The notes: generated by a model not told the origin, from the sequence alone. Counted from the stretch's first letter, positions 16,353 to 26,882 are shown. The stretch: 64,000 nucleotides of DNA from Gemmatimonadota bacterium (GCA_036679605.1 JAZDCZ010000091.1:8521-72520); one strand, 5' to 3'. A program made the numbers and translations.

Positions 16353-16431
16353 TGGGTCAGCTAGGCAGCACCTCAATCCGTCGAGCACCATTGCGAAGCG
16401 GCCGCAACGGCGGGCTGGACCTATATGGGTT

Positions 16432-16461
16432 GGTGGGTTCGATTCCCACACGCTCCCGCCA
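16432..16461 (+). repeat. 3' fragment of tRNA-Sec (selC), probable attR of the island
   Basis: GGTGGGTTCGATTCCCAC T-arm + 8-nt acceptor strand ACGCTCCC + G-CCA; no matching 5' half nearby. Confidence 0.7.
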
Positions 16462-16488
16462 CAACGACGATTTCGCAGTATCTTTGCC

Positions 16489-17028
16489 GTGATGAGGCAG
16501 CTCAGTTTCTTGCGCGTTGTGGCGATCGCGATCTTCCTGACAATGGCCCTCTGGTCTAGTGCGCTAGCCCAGGTACGGACCAATCTGCCACCGCAACAGA
16601 GACGTCCGGATCCCCGGGACACGATTCCCGTTCCAGCCTTCAGGTTTGAGCCGCCGGTCGCTCCGCTCGCTGCGCTCGGGCGCTCCATGTTGTTGCCTGG
16701 GTGGGGGCAGGCGGTGCTCGGCAGGAGAGTTACCGGAGCGGTCTTCGTGTTCTGGGAGGGGCTTACTCTCACCATGACTCTCAAAGCAGCACACCAGCTC
16801 AACTTTCAAGAGGACACCGACGCGGAAACGGTCGATGACAAACGGGATGAGGTGCAGGATTGGTTGGTCCTACTGGTATTCAACCACCTCATGTCCGGCA
16901 TGGAGGCGTTTGTGGCCGCCCATCTGTGGGATTTCCCGACGGAGCTGGAGGCGCGGGCGCTGCCGGGGGGCCGCGTAGGGATGGGGCTCTCACTCTATTG
17001 GTCGGCCCCTGGCCTCAAGGTCAATTGA
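16489..17028 (+). CDS. Hypothetical exported/membrane protein (DUF5683-like)
   Basis: Signal peptide; RSMLLPGWGQ and EAFVAAHLWDF motifs. Confidence 0.65.
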   Translation: MMRQLSFLRVVAIAIFLTMALWSSALAQVRTNLPPQQRRPDPRDTIPVPAFRFEPPVAPLAALGRSMLLPGWGQAVLGRRVTGAVFVFWEGLTLTMTLKAAHQLNFQEDTDAETVDDKRDEVQDWLVLLVFNHLMSGMEAFVAAHLWDFPTELEARALPGGRVGMGLSLYWSAPGLKVN

Positions 17029-17755
17029 ACGAACGCAACTCCGGGCCGTCCCGCGAGATCACGGCATACCGGTAGCCGTCCATCCACGCGCCGGGATTTA
17101 GATACCAACGCCGCTCTCCACAGAGTTCTAGCACCGGTCGGTGGGTGTGACCTAAGACTATAACGTCCAGTTCCGGTCGCTCCTCCATGATCCTGGCAGC
17201 ATATTGGGCCTGTGCAGCAACGGCTCGCCTAGCTGTCTCTTCGTCATCTCGCCTCGACCCTAACCGCCCGGACATGCGCCTTACTAGGGCGAAACCCAGG
17301 TCAGGGTGAAGCCATCTGAAGACCGCCGCCGTCGCAGGGTGACCCACCACTCGATGGATGATCCTCCCGCCCAAGTCGGACTCAGCCACCCCGTCTCCGT
17401 GGCTTACCAACGCCTGCCAGCCCGCCAGCTCGATTTCGCCGTTCCTTCGGAAGAACGTTGCCCCGAGTTCCTCCTGCCAGAATCGGCTTCCCCAGCGGTC
17501 GTGATTCCCACCGACCACCGTTAGAGCGATCCCCTCGCGGCGTACGCCGGCTAGGGCCTCCAACGTTCCGAAGTGCGCTCTGGGGATGACGTGGCGGTAC
17601 TCAAACCAGAAATCGAAGAGATCTCCGTTGATGATCAGGTGGTCACCCAATTCCGGAACCACGGCTAGAAAGCGGCGGAAAGCCTCAGAAACCTCGTTTG
17701 GCGCCGCCCCGAGATGAGCATCGGACACCACGACCGCAGTTGAGTGAGTGGGCAC
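17021..17755 (-). CDS. lpxH: UDP-2,3-diacylglucosamine diphosphatase-like metallophosphoesterase
   Basis: SDAHLG, GDLFDFW, GNHD, HGD, GHTH, NPGAW; start approximate. Confidence 0.82.
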   Translation of the reverse strand: MPTHSTAVVVSDAHLGAAPNEVSEAFRRFLAVVPELGDHLIINGDLFDFWFEYRHVIPRAHFGTLEALAGVRREGIALTVVGGNHDRWGSRFWQEELGATFFRRNGEIELAGWQALVSHGDGVAESDLGGRIIHRVVGHPATAAVFRWLHPDLGFALVRRMSGRLGSRRDDEETARRAVAAQAQYAARIMEERPELDVIVLGHTHRPVLELCGERRWYLNPGAWMDGYRYAVISRDGPELRSFN

Positions 17756-17892
17756 GGCGGGAGTATATCTGGAGCGGCCCAGCAGCCGCAACCTCCTGTC
17801 GCAATTGACTTTTCGCTCGGGAGCATCTTATCTTGCTCCCACGAGTCGATCTCGTGCTCCCAATATGCTCCCATCGGAGGGTAACCGAACCA

Positions 17893-18183
17893 ATGACGTC
17901 GGAAAGCGCTTTAGGCCTGATTGAGACCCGTGGCCTTGTAGGGTCGATTGAGGCGGCTGATGCGATGGTCAAGGCCGCACCTGTGAGCTTGCTAGGGAAG
18001 GAAAAGGTCGGCGGCGGATACGTCACGATCATGGTGCGCGGTGACGTTGGTGCTGTAAAGGCCGCGACCGATGCCGGGGCTGCGGCCGCCGAACGCGTCG
18101 GGGAGCTGGTCTCCGTGCATGTGATACCGCGGCCACATCAGGAACTCGAACTCATCCTCCCGAACCGCTCCGACGGGGCGTAG
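17893..18183 (+). CDS. BMC-H microcompartment shell protein (EutM/PduA-like)
   Basis: ALGLIETRG...AADAMVKAA...GDVGAVKAA...HVIPRPH. Confidence 0.95.
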   Translation: MTSESALGLIETRGLVGSIEAADAMVKAAPVSLLGKEKVGGGYVTIMVRGDVGAVKAATDAGAAAAERVGELVSVHVIPRPHQELELILPNRSDGA

Positions 18184-18186
18184 GCC

Positions 18187-18654
18187 ATGGGTTGGTCCGG
18201 CCGGGCGCTCGGGCTTATCGAGACCCGCGGACTGGTCGGTGCGATCGAGGCGGCTGACGCCGGGATAAAAGCCGCACCCGTCGAGTCCGCGGGGTCCGAA
18301 TATGCCGACGCGGGTCTGGTTACTATTTTTTTCCGTGGCGACGTGGCCGCCGTAAAGGCCGCTGTGGACGCGGGAGCTGCCGCCGCAGAACGCGTGGGTG
18401 AATTGGTTTCGGTTCACGTTATCCCTCGGCCGCACGACGATCTCGACGTGTTGGCCGGTGACGGGCGCTCTCCCCCCGTAAGGTCAGAGGCCGACGGGCC
18501 TGGCAGCTCCTCTAACGATCTCCCTGGCATGAAGGTTGTGGAACTGCGTCGTGCTGCTCGCGCAGTCGAGAATTTTCCCATCAAAGGGCGAAACTTGGCG
18601 CGCGCCGGTAGGGAGGAGATCCTGGACGCCTTCCGATCCATGGGCCTCCTCTAA
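18187..18654 (+). CDS. BMC-H shell protein with C-terminal extension
   Basis: Same BMC domain plus ~60-aa tail (MKVVELRRAAR). Confidence 0.92.
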   Translation: MGWSGRALGLIETRGLVGAIEAADAGIKAAPVESAGSEYADAGLVTIFFRGDVAAVKAAVDAGAAAAERVGELVSVHVIPRPHDDLDVLAGDGRSPPVRSEADGPGSSSNDLPGMKVVELRRAARAVENFPIKGRNLARAGREEILDAFRSMGLL

Positions 18655-18681
18655 TCGACCCGCCAGCCCACTCGTACTGAA

Positions 18682-20169
18682 ATGGACCGCGATCTCACAT
18701 CTGTTCAAGAAGCTCGAGATCTCCTTGTTCGTGCCCATCGGGCGGGGAAGCAGTTCGCCCACGCTAGTCAGGAAGAAGTCGACAGGATTGTTCGGGCGGT
18801 CGGCGAGGCCTGCGAACTGAAGGCTGCTCAACTCGCTCGCTCAGCTGTTGATGAGACTCGGATAGGACGATACGAAGACAAGGTGACGAAGAACCTGTTT
18901 TCATCGATCGATGTGCGAAACTACATACTGCCGCTCAAAACCTGCGGCATCATCCGAGAGGATCCGGATCGAAGAGTGCAGGAGCGAGCCGTGCCCATGG
19001 GGACGATTGCCGCTCTGGTGCCAACGACGAACCCGACTTCCACGGTGATCTACAAGGCGTTGATCGCGATTAAGGCAAGAGATTCGATCGTCTTCTCTCC
19101 ACACCCCCGGGCCACGCGCTGTATTGCCGATACCGTACAGGTCGTCGATGAGGCAGCACGCAGCGCTGGTGCGCCGGAGGATCTAGTCCTGTCCATGATG
19201 ACGCCCACCCTCGATGGCACCAGCGAACTGATGCGGCATGAACTCACGGACATGATATTGGCGACCGGCGGATCGGCCATGGTCCGTGCTGCGTATAGCT
19301 CAGGGAAACCTGCCTATGGTGTGGGACCGGGGAACGTTCCAGCGATTGTCGAACGGACCGCCCATGTGGGTAAGGCCGTAGCCGACATAATTGCGGGGAA
19401 AAACTTCGACTACGGGCTGCTGTGTTCGGCCGAGAATTCTCTCATCTGTGACGCCCCAATCGAAGCAGACGTGCGCAACGAACTCAGGCGTCAACGTGCA
19501 GTCTTCGTGACCGGTGCCGAACGAGACCGGTTGCAGCGAGCGATGCAAGACCCACGGACCGGTGGAATCAATAGCGAGATCGTCGGCCTCCCTGCTACGG
19601 AGATCGCACAGCGGGCCGGTATATCGGTGGCAGGTGATACGAGGGTCCTCGTCTGTGAGTGCGAATCGGTCGGACAACAGGAGTTTTTCTCGCGGGAGAA
19701 GCTCTCGCCGGTACTGGCCTTTTACGTCGAGAACGGTTGGGAGAAGTGTTGCGAGCGAAGCATAGAACTGCTTGAGTTCGGAGGGGTCGGTCACTCGCTG
19801 GTTATTCACAGCAACGATGAGAACGTTATCCAGCGATTCTTTGAAGAGAAACCTGCGTTCAGAATCGTGGTAAACACGGTTTGCGCTCTCGGGGCTGTCG
19901 GAAGCACCACTGGACTGGCTCCGGCAATGACCCTCGGCCCGGGGGCGTGGGGTGGGTCGTCTACGAGTGACAACATCACGCCGTTACACTTGATCAACAT
20001 CAAGAGACTGGCCCGAGAGACCAAACCGTTCGTGGCAGTCGACGCCCCTGAAGGTGCCTCTGCGGGCATCGCACCTCTCGCTAAGGCCAACAGAAGCTCG
20101 CCGGAAAAAGAGATCGCACAGGCGGTTGAGTCGTTCCTAGCGGAACGGCGTGCCAGGAGAAGTTCATGA
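18682..20169 (+). CDS. Acylating aldehyde dehydrogenase (EutE/PduP/AdhE-N-like)
   Basis: PTTNPTST, ATGG, GVGPGN, LCSAEN, EKLSPVL. Confidence 0.92.
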   Translation: MDRDLTSVQEARDLLVRAHRAGKQFAHASQEEVDRIVRAVGEACELKAAQLARSAVDETRIGRYEDKVTKNLFSSIDVRNYILPLKTCGIIREDPDRRVQERAVPMGTIAALVPTTNPTSTVIYKALIAIKARDSIVFSPHPRATRCIADTVQVVDEAARSAGAPEDLVLSMMTPTLDGTSELMRHELTDMILATGGSAMVRAAYSSGKPAYGVGPGNVPAIVERTAHVGKAVADIIAGKNFDYGLLCSAENSLICDAPIEADVRNELRRQRAVFVTGAERDRLQRAMQDPRTGGINSEIVGLPATEIAQRAGISVAGDTRVLVCECESVGQQEFFSREKLSPVLAFYVENGWEKCCERSIELLEFGGVGHSLVIHSNDENVIQRFFEEKPAFRIVVNTVCALGAVGSTTGLAPAMTLGPGAWGGSSTSDNITPLHLINIKRLARETKPFVAVDAPEGASAGIAPLAKANRSSPEKEIAQAVESFLAERRARRSS

Positions 20170-21218
20170 CTCCGCAGGAAATCCAGGAACTCGCCGCCCG
20201 CATCGCCGATGTGCTTGGCAAGCGCGAGTGGCTTCCAGGAACGGTCCGGCCAGATCCTCCAGCGCGACCTACTCCCGGGGCACTTCCCGCATGGGCGGGG
20301 GCCGCTCAGCAACTGAGTGATGTTGCTCCTGTCACCGGCCGCCGAACGCGTTCCGGCCGGCACCGACCCTCGTATGATGGCATCACGGTGGCGGCCCGCG
20401 GGGCTGCGGCCGGGACAGCACCGGCTCCAATGCCGGGTGGTGGAGAGGACGATGTGGAGAGCGCCGCGAGTGGACGTATCGTGCCGATAGCTATCTCGAA
20501 TCGCCATATCCACGTGTCTGCCAGTGATTTTCAAACACTGTTCGGAGCCACCAAGGAGCCGACGCCCGATCGACCGATCACCCAGCCGGGCCAGTTCGCT
20601 GCCAACGAGAAGGTGCGTGTTGTGGGTCCTGCCTCGGCGATCGACAATGTGCGGATAGTTGGGCCGACACGCAGCACCACCCAGGTGGAGCTTTCTTTCA
20701 GTGACTGTCGTGCCCTAGGCCTCGAAGTGCCAGTCCGCCGATCGGGCGATACAACGGGAAGCGCACCGGTGCAGCTGGAGGGCCCAGTCGGGAGCCTGGA
20801 GTTGCGAGAAGGTGCCATAATTGCTGCACGTCACCTTCATCTGTCAGAGGCAGATGCCTCCAGACTCGGTATGGCCGATGGTGACAGGGTAACAGTGGTG
20901 CTGGGTCAGGGGGACCGGCGTGCCAGGCTCTCCGACGTGCTGGTGAGGTCTGGCAAGGAACACGCGACGGAACTGCATCTCGACACCGACGAGGCACGGG
21001 CATTCAACGTGCGGCAGGGCGATTCGGCAACGATATTGGGCCGCCCGCGTCGCATGGCTGAGGCGCGTGGTGGCGGCAAGCGAAAATTAATCACCGAACG
21101 TGACATAAGCCGAATAGCAGCGGCTGGTCGAACCTTGGGGAATTCGTGCCCGTACATAATTACGCCGGCGGCCAAGGATCGCGCGAAGGCCCTTGGGATT
21201 TGGCGGGAGAGTCGGTGA
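20166..21218 (+). CDS. pduL: Phosphate propanoyltransferase with N- and C-terminal extensions
   Basis: ISNRHIH, QPGQFAA, RRSGD, ARHLH, LHLDTDEA. Confidence 0.92.
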   Translation: MTPQEIQELAARIADVLGKREWLPGTVRPDPPARPTPGALPAWAGAAQQLSDVAPVTGRRTRSGRHRPSYDGITVAARGAAAGTAPAPMPGGGEDDVESAASGRIVPIAISNRHIHVSASDFQTLFGATKEPTPDRPITQPGQFAANEKVRVVGPASAIDNVRIVGPTRSTTQVELSFSDCRALGLEVPVRRSGDTTGSAPVQLEGPVGSLELREGAIIAARHLHLSEADASRLGMADGDRVTVVLGQGDRRARLSDVLVRSGKEHATELHLDTDEARAFNVRQGDSATILGRPRRMAEARGGGKRKLITERDISRIAAAGRTLGNSCPYIITPAAKDRAKALGIWRESR

Positions 21219-21643
21219 CGGGACCGGATATCACGGTGAGTCCACTGCGAGTGCGATACGCCGAGACCGATCAGATGGGCATTGTACACCACGCGGTTTA
21301 TCTGATCTGGTGTGAACTGGCACGTACCGATCACATGCGCGAGAAAGGCATCAATTACAGCAACCTGGAGGCGCAAGGCCTCAAACTCCCTGTCGTGGAT
21401 GCTCGTCTGCGGTACCGAGCGCCGGCGAGGTATGACGAAGTGTTGGAAGTCCGTTGTTGGGTTCGTGATGTATCGAGCCGAAGAGTGATCTTCGGCTATG
21501 CGGTAGATCGCGTTGATGACGGCCGGCTGCTTGCGACGGCGCAAACGTCGCTGATCGCGGTAGATTCTAACCATGAAATCACTTCTCTGCCTCCGTCGGT
21601 TCGAACAAAGCTCGTTTCTGTCGCTGACCCGGTTCGCGTTTAG
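21215..21643 (+). CDS. Acyl-CoA thioesterase (YbgC/4HBT family)
   Basis: RVRYAETDQMGIVHHAVY. Confidence 0.9.
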   Translation: MTGPDITVSPLRVRYAETDQMGIVHHAVYLIWCELARTDHMREKGINYSNLEAQGLKLPVVDARLRYRAPARYDEVLEVRCWVRDVSSRRVIFGYAVDRVDDGRLLATAQTSLIAVDSNHEITSLPPSVRTKLVSVADPVRV

Positions 21644-21694
21644 TCCCGCGGTCGGGTTGCTCCGCTCGGATACCATCGGCACATTGAGGTTGAG

Positions 21695-22381
21695 GTGAGC
21701 CCGATGAGGTCGCTGCTGATTGTCTCCACAGCTGTTTTGGTGGGCACCGCATGCAACAGGCCTCCCCGTCCTCTTGCGCCCCTCGGGATGATACCTATGT
21801 CGCGCGACACAGCACGTGCCTGGGTGGCCGAGCTGGCCCCCACCGAGTTGAGGCGCTACGACCTGCGGTGGAGATTCCAAAACCAACAGGCCTCAGTGGC
21901 TGGCCGCGGGGCAGTGCGATTGGCTCCACCTGACTCTCTCCGGTTCGACTATCGAGCCCCGTTCGGGAGGTCTGGCGCGGCGGTCGTCGTCGATGATGAG
22001 GTGATCTGGCGCGAGCCTGAGGACGGAGTCCAGCTTATCCCAGTAGTAGCGCTTTTTTGGGCCGCACTCGGCATTCCCCGACTGCCGCCGGTTGGCTCAA
22101 AGGTGATGGGGCTCGCAGATGGAGATAGGCGTATCTGGCAATATTTGGTAGACGGAGACACTCTAACCTATGTGGTTAGGAGTGGATCTCTTAGATTGCA
22201 GGCAGAGATCAGACAGCCGGGGAGGCTAGTCGGGACAGTAGATGTCAGGTTTGACCCGGAGACGCATTTGCCGACCCAGGCGACGCTAACGTTTCCTGAG
22301 AAGGCGGCGATCCTGCGATTCACTGTGGAGGAAATTGAAGAACTTGCATCACTGGATGCGGATATTTGGAAGAGGCCTTAG
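21695..22381 (+). CDS. Hypothetical lipoprotein
   Basis: Lipobox VGTAC; operonic position. Confidence 0.65.
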   Translation: MSPMRSLLIVSTAVLVGTACNRPPRPLAPLGMIPMSRDTARAWVAELAPTELRRYDLRWRFQNQQASVAGRGAVRLAPPDSLRFDYRAPFGRSGAAVVVDDEVIWREPEDGVQLIPVVALFWAALGIPRLPPVGSKVMGLADGDRRIWQYLVDGDTLTYVVRSGSLRLQAEIRQPGRLVGTVDVRFDPETHLPTQATLTFPEKAAILRFTVEEIEELASLDADIWKRP

Positions 22382-22865
22382 CCGCTTGGTACTGGCAGGT
22401 GGTCTCCTTGCGATCAGCGCCTGCTTTTATGGATTTTCCGGTGGCGGACTACCGAGTCACATAAGGACGGTGGCGATATTGCCGTTTGACAACGAGACAC
22501 CCGAGCCGAGCCTCACGCAAGAGGTCTCGGAAGCGATCAGAACGGCCATGGAAAACAGGTTGGGTCTCAGGCTTGCCGCTGAGGCCACTGCGGATGCGGT
22601 GGTGAGGGGTTCAATCACGCGCTACGCAGCCGATATTCCGCTTTCCTTTCAAGCCACCGGCGGTAATGTAAACGTAACGCGCAGACGTGTTCAACTCTCT
22701 CTCAGAGTAGAGATATTTGATCAACTCGAGCAGCGAGTGCTTTGGGAAAGGACCGGTATTCGAGTGGACGGCGAGTACGAACCGCCCAACGAGGAGAAGG
22801 GCAGGGAAGTCGCACTAGAGAAGCTGGTAGACGACATTGTGGATGGAGCCCAATCTCAGTGGTAA
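22356..22865 (+). CDS. lptE: LPS assembly lipoprotein LptE-like
   Basis: C-FYGFSGG.LPSHIRTVAILPFDNET...ADAVVRGSI, ends SQW. Confidence 0.78.
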   Translation: MRIFGRGLSRLVLAGGLLAISACFYGFSGGGLPSHIRTVAILPFDNETPEPSLTQEVSEAIRTAMENRLGLRLAAEATADAVVRGSITRYAADIPLSFQATGGNVNVTRRRVQLSLRVEIFDQLEQRVLWERTGIRVDGEYEPPNEEKGREVALEKLVDDIVDGAQSQW

Positions 22866-23239
22866 GAAGACATACGGCGATCGTGCGCAACACCAGCGGC
22901 AAGGGCAGGCTCGGAACACTCTTCGTTCTGATGCTATTTGCAGTGGGAGCCTACTACGGAGTGACCGTCGGAAAATCGTATGTGCAATTTTGGAGACTTG
23001 AACAAGCGGTTCGAACTGAGGTTCGGCTGGCCCCGGGTATCACAGACGACACGATTCGGCGGCGGCTAAGAGCCAAGGTAGCCGAACTCGGCTTGCCGGA
23101 TCAAGCATACAACATTCAGATTCAGCGACGAGAGCGCCCCAAAGAGATTATTGTGAAGGCATCTTACCAGGTGCTTCTCGAACTGCCGTTCGTGGACCGG
23201 CTCCATACGTTCAAGATCGAGATTAGAAATCCTCTCTAG
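22859..23239 (+). CDS. Hypothetical single-TM protein (DUF4845-like)
   Basis: GKGRLG + TM helix; start approximate. Confidence 0.55.
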   Translation: MVRRHTAIVRNTSGKGRLGTLFVLMLFAVGAYYGVTVGKSYVQFWRLEQAVRTEVRLAPGITDDTIRRRLRAKVAELGLPDQAYNIQIQRRERPKEIIVKASYQVLLELPFVDRLHTFKIEIRNPL

Positions 23240-23264
23240 CGCACGAACTAGGCTGGCGGTCAGT

Positions 23265-24614
23265 GTGGTAGGAGTGGTCGTGCTACTTTCGTGGGTCCCA
23301 GCAACCTTACACGCTGCCGTCTCAGCCAGTGCCGGCGATCTGGACGTGGCTCAGCTTTTCCTCCTACTCGGCCTCTTGCTTCTCGTGGGTAAATTTTCCG
23401 GCGAGTTGAGTGAACGAATCGGCCAGCCCGCAGTACTGGGTGAACTTGTCGCCGGCGCTCTTCTGGGCGGGGGTGCCCTTGGCATCATTCCGACGTCACC
23501 CGACAATCCGACAACCGAAATAATCAAAGTGTTGGCTGAGGTGGGCGTAGTGATCCTGCTATTTGAGATCGGCCTGGAAACCGACCTCAAAGCGTTGTTT
23601 CGGGTTGGGCGAGGGGCGCTCGCCGTTGCTTTCGTTGGCGTGGCATTGCCGATGGCGGGCGGTGTCCTGTTCTGGATGTCACCTCTGGCCAATCGAGAGT
23701 TCGCGCCCGCCAGCGTCGAGCACACCGCCATCTTTATCGGGGCGGCGCTTACCGCTACATCAGTGGGTATTACGGCCCGAGTCCTACAGGATCTCCGGGT
23801 CATGCACAGCATTGAAGCGCGTCTCATCATCGGGGCTGCGGTGATCGACGATGTGATCGGACTGATAATGTTGGGCTTGGTGTCATCACTCGCCGCGGGC
23901 CAATCGATAACTGCGCTTGGTGTTGGTCGATCCATCGCCGCGGCTGTCGGATTCTTGGTTGTTGCCGTGGGTATCGGACTGATCAGTGCACCGAAGATCT
24001 TCGATCTGTTCAACCGCATGCGCGTTCGAGGAGTTCTGCTTGTCGCAGCCATCGCATTCACACTCATAGTCGCTGCCCTTGCGGATAAGCTGGGATCTGC
24101 GATGATCATCGGGGCCTTTGCGGCGGGGTTGATACTTTCCGGAACCAATCAGTTCGATCTCATTGCAGACCGCACAAAGCCGGTGGCCGACATATTCACA
24201 CCCATATTTTTTCTCAGCATCGGCGCCGAGTTCGATATTCGTCTTCTCAATCCGTTCCAGCCCGAGAACATTCCCGTGCTGCAACTTGGCGGCATCCTGC
24301 TCGTGATTGCGATCCTTGGCAAGCTGGCGGCAGGTTGGGCCGTGCCGTGGAGGCGGTACAATCGACTCGCGGTGGGTGTAGGCATGATGCCGCGCGGTGA
24401 GGTAGGTCTCATCTTTGCGGGCCTCGGCTTAGCAACCGGAGTTCTGAGTCACGAGTTGTTCGGCTCAATAATCATCATGGTGATAGGAACTACGTTTATT
24501 GCACCGCCGATTCTAAAATTGGCCTTCAACCGGTTCGGAGTGACGCACCCCGATCAAGACGGACCGACAGTGTTGATCAAGGACGGGAAGGGGAGTTCAC
24601 ATGCCGCGACCTGA
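23265..24614 (+). CDS. Cation:proton antiporter (CPA2/NapA-like)
   Basis: [42 protein letters not shown]. Confidence 0.93.
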   Translation: MVGVVVLLSWVPATLHAAVSASAGDLDVAQLFLLLGLLLLVGKFSGELSERIGQPAVLGELVAGALLGGGALGIIPTSPDNPTTEIIKVLAEVGVVILLFEIGLETDLKALFRVGRGALAVAFVGVALPMAGGVLFWMSPLANREFAPASVEHTAIFIGAALTATSVGITARVLQDLRVMHSIEARLIIGAAVIDDVIGLIMLGLVSSLAAGQSITALGVGRSIAAAVGFLVVAVGIGLISAPKIFDLFNRMRVRGVLLVAAIAFTLIVAALADKLGSAMIIGAFAAGLILSGTNQFDLIADRTKPVADIFTPIFFLSIGAEFDIRLLNPFQPENIPVLQLGGILLVIAILGKLAAGWAVPWRRYNRLAVGVGMMPRGEVGLIFAGLGLATGVLSHELFGSIIIMVIGTTFIAPPILKLAFNRFGVTHPDQDGPTVLIKDGKGSSHAAT

Positions 24615-25311
24615 CGGCCGCAAACCTGATGAGCTTCGCGCAATAAGGCTGGAGCGGGACTCCAGTCCCTATGCCGAGGGATCGTGCCTTACTCACTTTG
24701 GCGACACTGTCGTACTTTGCACCGCCAGCGTGGTTGAGAGCGTGCCGCGATGGCGACGCGGAAGCGGGCAAGGATGGCTGACCGCAGAGTATTCGATGCT
24801 TCCTAGGGCTACGCTGGAGCGTACTTCGAGAGAACGACGGGGACCGGGCGGTCGCACGTCGGAAATCCAGAGGCTGATAGGCCGGAGCCTGAGAGCGGCT
24901 CTCACAGGGTTCGATTTCGGCGAGCGCACTATCCAGATCGATTGTGATGTACTGCAGGCGGACGGTGGCACCAGGACCGCAGCGATTACGGGGGCAACGG
25001 TGGCACTGGCTGACGCCTGTGCGTGGATCGCCAAGAAGCGAAAAGTTGCCAACCCTTTCGCACGCCTTGTGGCGGCCGTCTCAGTCGGCATCGTGGATGG
25101 TCAGGCGGTTCTCGATCTTCCGTACGCCGAGGACAAAACCGCCCAAGTAGATGCGAACATCGTAATGGCCGAGCCGGACGAATATGTTGAGGTGCAGAGT
25201 ACCGCCGAACGAGAACCTTTCACGCGAAATGAGTTCGACCAAATGCTGGCACTGGCATCGGGCGGTACCATCCGGCTGTTTGAGGAGCAACACAGCGTAC
25301 TGGGGTGGTGA
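24601..25311 (+). CDS. rph: Ribonuclease PH
   Basis: [40 protein letters not shown]. Confidence 0.97.
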   Translation: MPRPDGRKPDELRAIRLERDSSPYAEGSCLTHFGDTVVLCTASVVESVPRWRRGSGQGWLTAEYSMLPRATLERTSRERRGPGGRTSEIQRLIGRSLRAALTGFDFGERTIQIDCDVLQADGGTRTAAITGATVALADACAWIAKKRKVANPFARLVAAVSVGIVDGQAVLDLPYAEDKTAQVDANIVMAEPDEYVEVQSTAEREPFTRNEFDQMLALASGGTIRLFEEQHSVLGW

Positions 25312-25925
25312 ATAAGCGGCTTCTGTTTGCCACTCGGAACGTGGGCAAAGCGCGCGAAATCAAGCGGATCTTGAGCGATCTACCCTACGAAATAGTCTTC
25401 CCCGACGACATCGGTATCTACGAGCAGCCGGACGAGACATTGGTGGAAGATGCTGCGACGTTCTCGGGCAACGCTCACAGAAAGGCCGAGTACTTCGCGC
25501 AACGAGCGGGCACTCCAACCGTAGCAGAAGATTCGGGGCTGGAGGTTTTTTCCCTGGGGGGTGCACCCGGTGTGCGCTCCCGTCGTTTTGCGTTGCCCAC
25601 GGCCGACCAAGACAAGGCAAATAATGCGGAACTGCTGCGACGTCTGGCGGGGGCGTCGTCCCAGCGTCGGCACGCGCGGTATTGTTGCAGTGTGGTCTTC
25701 TTGGGGAGCCCTGCCGACCTACCCGCGGTCTTCGACGGCGAGTGCAGTGGTATGATCCTAGAGGAGGCTCGCGGCGATGGCGGATTCGGGTACGACCCGC
25801 TGTTCTTTTCCGACGATCTTTGCAAGAGTTTTGGGGAGGCCGGAGTGGCGGAGAAAGACGCCGTTAGCCATCGGGGCAGGGCGTTGCGGGCGTTTGCAGA
25901 GTGGTTGTTGGAGCATCCTCTGTAG
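25305..25925 (+). CDS. rdgB: Non-canonical purine NTP pyrophosphatase
   Basis: ATRNVGK, EDSGL, PGVRS, GFGYDP, SHRGRA; follows rph. Confidence 0.95.
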   Translation: MVNKRLLFATRNVGKAREIKRILSDLPYEIVFPDDIGIYEQPDETLVEDAATFSGNAHRKAEYFAQRAGTPTVAEDSGLEVFSLGGAPGVRSRRFALPTADQDKANNAELLRRLAGASSQRRHARYCCSVVFLGSPADLPAVFDGECSGMILEEARGDGGFGYDPLFFSDDLCKSFGEAGVAEKDAVSHRGRALRAFAEWLLEHPL

Positions 25926-25927
25926 CT

Positions 25928-26128
25928 TCATCTCCGCAGTATCAGGTACCCCGGGTCACACCTCAGGGCACGGGCCAATCCCTCCAAATTCGGAAAGTTG
26001 ATGGAGCTAACCTCTCCACTCTCCAACCTAGAGATGATGGCTTGGTTAACGCCTGATCGCCGAGCCAGTTCCGCCTGGGACCAGCCGTTCACCCTCCGCA
26101 GTTCCTGAATCCGAAGAACGATTGCCAT
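25928..26128 (-). CDS. Small XRE-family HTH regulator
   Basis: WSQAELARRSGVNQAIISRLE. Confidence 0.85.
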   Translation of the reverse strand: MAIVLRIQELRRVNGWSQAELARRSGVNQAIISRLESGEVSSINFPNLEGLARALRCDPGYLILRR

Positions 26129-26129
26129 G

Positions 26130-26207
26130 AGCTATGTGATATCACATCGCAAAAAAAGGGCCGCTAGAGTAACACTCTCTTGACATCTATGCAAGATCAC
26201 ATAGCTT
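26130..26207. promoter_or_regulatory. Divergent promoter region with ATGTGAT/ATCACAT operators
   Basis: Palindrome ATGTGATATCACAT (26134-26147), TTGACA at 26180, ATCACATAGCT at 26196. Confidence 0.5.
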
Positions 26208-26265
26208 GTATCCGCCATATGAGACATCCCCACTGCTATAGCCGGGCCCTATCTGGAGGTAAGAC

Positions 26266-26658
26266 ATGGAGTTAGAGATTCCCTTCGAAGGCCGTCTGCA
26301 TGCCGAACTGAACGATCGTTATGCGCGACTCTGCCTACAATTCGGGGCGAGAAGGGTAATTTCGCCCGGGCCGGCCCTGATCATCTCCTTTTCCGAGGTG
26401 ACCAGAGAGATGAGGACTCAGGGCAGTGAAGACGTTATTGCTGAGTGCATCCAGTACGCTGGAGATACCTACGAATACATAGTCACCCGATGGCAGGACC
26501 CACGCTGGCGGGTGATCCTGGCCATAGCCCTCGAGATGGGGCTACAGCAAGAAGACTCGGGGGTCAACGAGGGGCCTGTTGTGGTACCGGCGCAACATCG
26601 ATCGGAGGCCTTCTTCTTCCAGGATATGGCCCTAGCAGGGTCCGGGGTGGACGGCTAG
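26266..26658 (+). CDS. Hypothetical protein
   Basis: GGAGGT RBS; divergent from XRE. Confidence 0.55.
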   Translation: MELEIPFEGRLHAELNDRYARLCLQFGARRVISPGPALIISFSEVTREMRTQGSEDVIAECIQYAGDTYEYIVTRWQDPRWRVILAIALEMGLQQEDSGVNEGPVVVPAQHRSEAFFFQDMALAGSGVDG

Positions 26659-26882
26659 CACCCAGGCAGGTCAACCTCAACAGCTTCGCCCCTACGCAGC
26701 TGTGCCGCGGAGTTGCCTCTCAGGTCTACTTCCCGCGATTCGGGGCTCGGGGCGCCCCGTTGCCGGCTTACAAACCCATTCCGGCGGGGCTCACTTGTGG
26801 CCGAGTCCAATTGGTACCAGCTTTGACACCTCCTACGTGATGACAAGCGGCCATTGCTATGCTTCGGGAGGAGGTGAAGGTC

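Noticed and set aside
16370..16461. Intact tRNA-Sec gene
   Set aside because: No 5' acceptor strand (GGGAGCGT) or UCA anticodon arm upstream
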